This document shows, one piece after another, positions 62,912-64,000 of a DNA stretch of 64,000 nucleotides (position 1 is its first letter; the number at the start of each line of letters is the position of its first letter). Source of the DNA: Malacoraja senta. Its lineage: Eukaryota. The notes under the pieces are model-generated. The model was not told the origin of the DNA and searched no databases. It was given only the letters and a program-made list of their open reading frames with translations. The DNA lies in contig CM075980.1 of the NCBI GenBank assembly GCA_038087875.1, positions 12,028,001 through 12,092,000 on the forward strand, given 5' to 3'. The position numbers were made by a program, and so were the translations under genes.

Positions 62912-63039
62912 CTGTTGGGTTAATAGCAGCAAAAAGTTAGGATTTCATCAAAAAGTAAACCCGCAAATTATATTAATGACGAGGACTGAGAGAAATCTCA
63001 CGACTTTGACAAAAAGCACTTCAATCACTTTTGTTGTAC

Positions 63040-63830
63040 GAAGGAACTGCAGATGCTAGTTTAAACCGAAGATGGACACAAAATGCTGGAGTAACTCAGC
63101 AGGGCAGGCAGCATCTATGGACAGAAGGAACGGGCGACGTTTCGGGTTAATGCAGAGGGTCCGCCGGCGATGGGAGTCAAGATCGTCCCGTCAACGGAGG
63201 GCTCGAGGCCCCCGACCCAGGGAGAGCAAAGGGAAGAGATTGAACTTTCTTTTTGCCTTCCATCACAGTGAGGAATGTGGAGGAGTCACTGTGAATGTTC
63301 AGTTCAGTTTTATTTGTCATATGTAGGCTATCACAGGGTGAACGGTACAATGAAATGTGTTTGACAAGACAACGGGTCACCTCAGCAATGATATTACAGG
63401 GATAAAAATAAGATAAAATAAGATAAGATAAAAGTGACATTGGTAGGTAAAAGACAATAATTAATAAAATAATCAACATATATGATGTGTTTATGAGTTC
63501 AGAAGCCTGATGGCCTGATGGTAAAAACTGTTCTTAAGTCTGGTGGTACGTGCAGCCTTGCTCCTGTATCGTCTGCCTGACGGTAAGAAAGAGAACAATC
63601 TGCGTGCTGGGTGGCTGTGGTCCTTGAAGATGCTGTGTGCCTTCCGCAGGCACCGCCTGTTTATGTTAAAATGTGTTTTGTTGCTTTTTATTTGTTTGAC
63701 TGACTTGGCAAATGAAATTCCTCGTATGTTGCGAAACATACTTGGCTAATAAAGTATTATTGGGATTATGATTGTGATTGTGTGTCTACCTTCGATTTAA
63801 ACCAGCAGCAGCAGTTCTTACTTACACATG
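63040..63830. mobile_element. Triple nest: palindromic element > composite non-autonomous element (+) > Rex1 3' fragment (-, about 63297-63660)
   Basis: Outer arms 63040-63148 and 63780-63828; core gccttccatcacagtgagg; inner RRCLRKAHSIFKDHSHPARRLFSFLPSGRRYRS...AIRLLNS. Confidence 0.8.
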
Positions 63831-64000
63831 ATAATTTAGGGCCCAGCAATTAGACATTGAAGCATCAATCAGCTCTGCCGGTGGACCAGTGCAATCTGAC
63901 TAAACATAAAAACATAGAAAATAGGTGCAGGAGTGGGCAATTCAGCCCCTCGAGCCAGCACCGCATTCAATATGACCATGGCTGATCATCCAAAATCAGT

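Noticed and set aside
1-64000. Prokaryotic systems (operons, CRISPR arrays, defence islands)
   Set aside because: The sequence has spliceosomal introns and vertebrate retroelements, with no repeat-spacer array or long intronless ORFs. The dispersed palindromes are not regularly spaced.

Overview
This is vertebrate genomic DNA, not prokaryotic. It is most likely from a cartilaginous fish (skate/ray-like), inferred from abundant HE1-type V-SINEs and HER1/CR1 LINE tails. Main contents: (1) Exons 4-7 and 10-15 of a sodium/glucose cotransporter SLC5A1 (SGLT1) gene on the minus strand (43758-62911). Exons 1-3 lie beyond the window. Exons 8-9 are absent and probably fall in a 200-N assembly gap. Exons 11 and 12 each carry a 1-nt deletion that creates a premature stop (assembly error or recent pseudogenisation). 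(2) A CpG-island promoter at about 27800-28360 that probably drives an unidentified minus-strand gene (candidate exons 27867-27981, 10110-10837, 3783/3787-3829) and possibly a divergent non-coding transcript. (3) A dense, nested retroelement landscape: L2, CR1/HER1, Rex1, V-SINEs, Penelope RT/GIY-YIG fragments, GC-rich composite non-autonomous elements with interchangeable LINE tails, and small DNA-transposon-like remnants. The most notable signal is a family of more than 10 palindromic, Penelope-terminal-repeat-derived elements carrying a minimal hammerhead ribozyme core (consensus CTGAAGA-A-GGGTC-TC-GACCC-GAAA-CGT-C/T), several in sense orientation inside SLC5A1 introns. Penelope-associated minimal hammerheads are a known class, so any novelty here would lie in this lineage and arrangement. 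Repeat boundaries are approximate and read by eye. No database searches were run.
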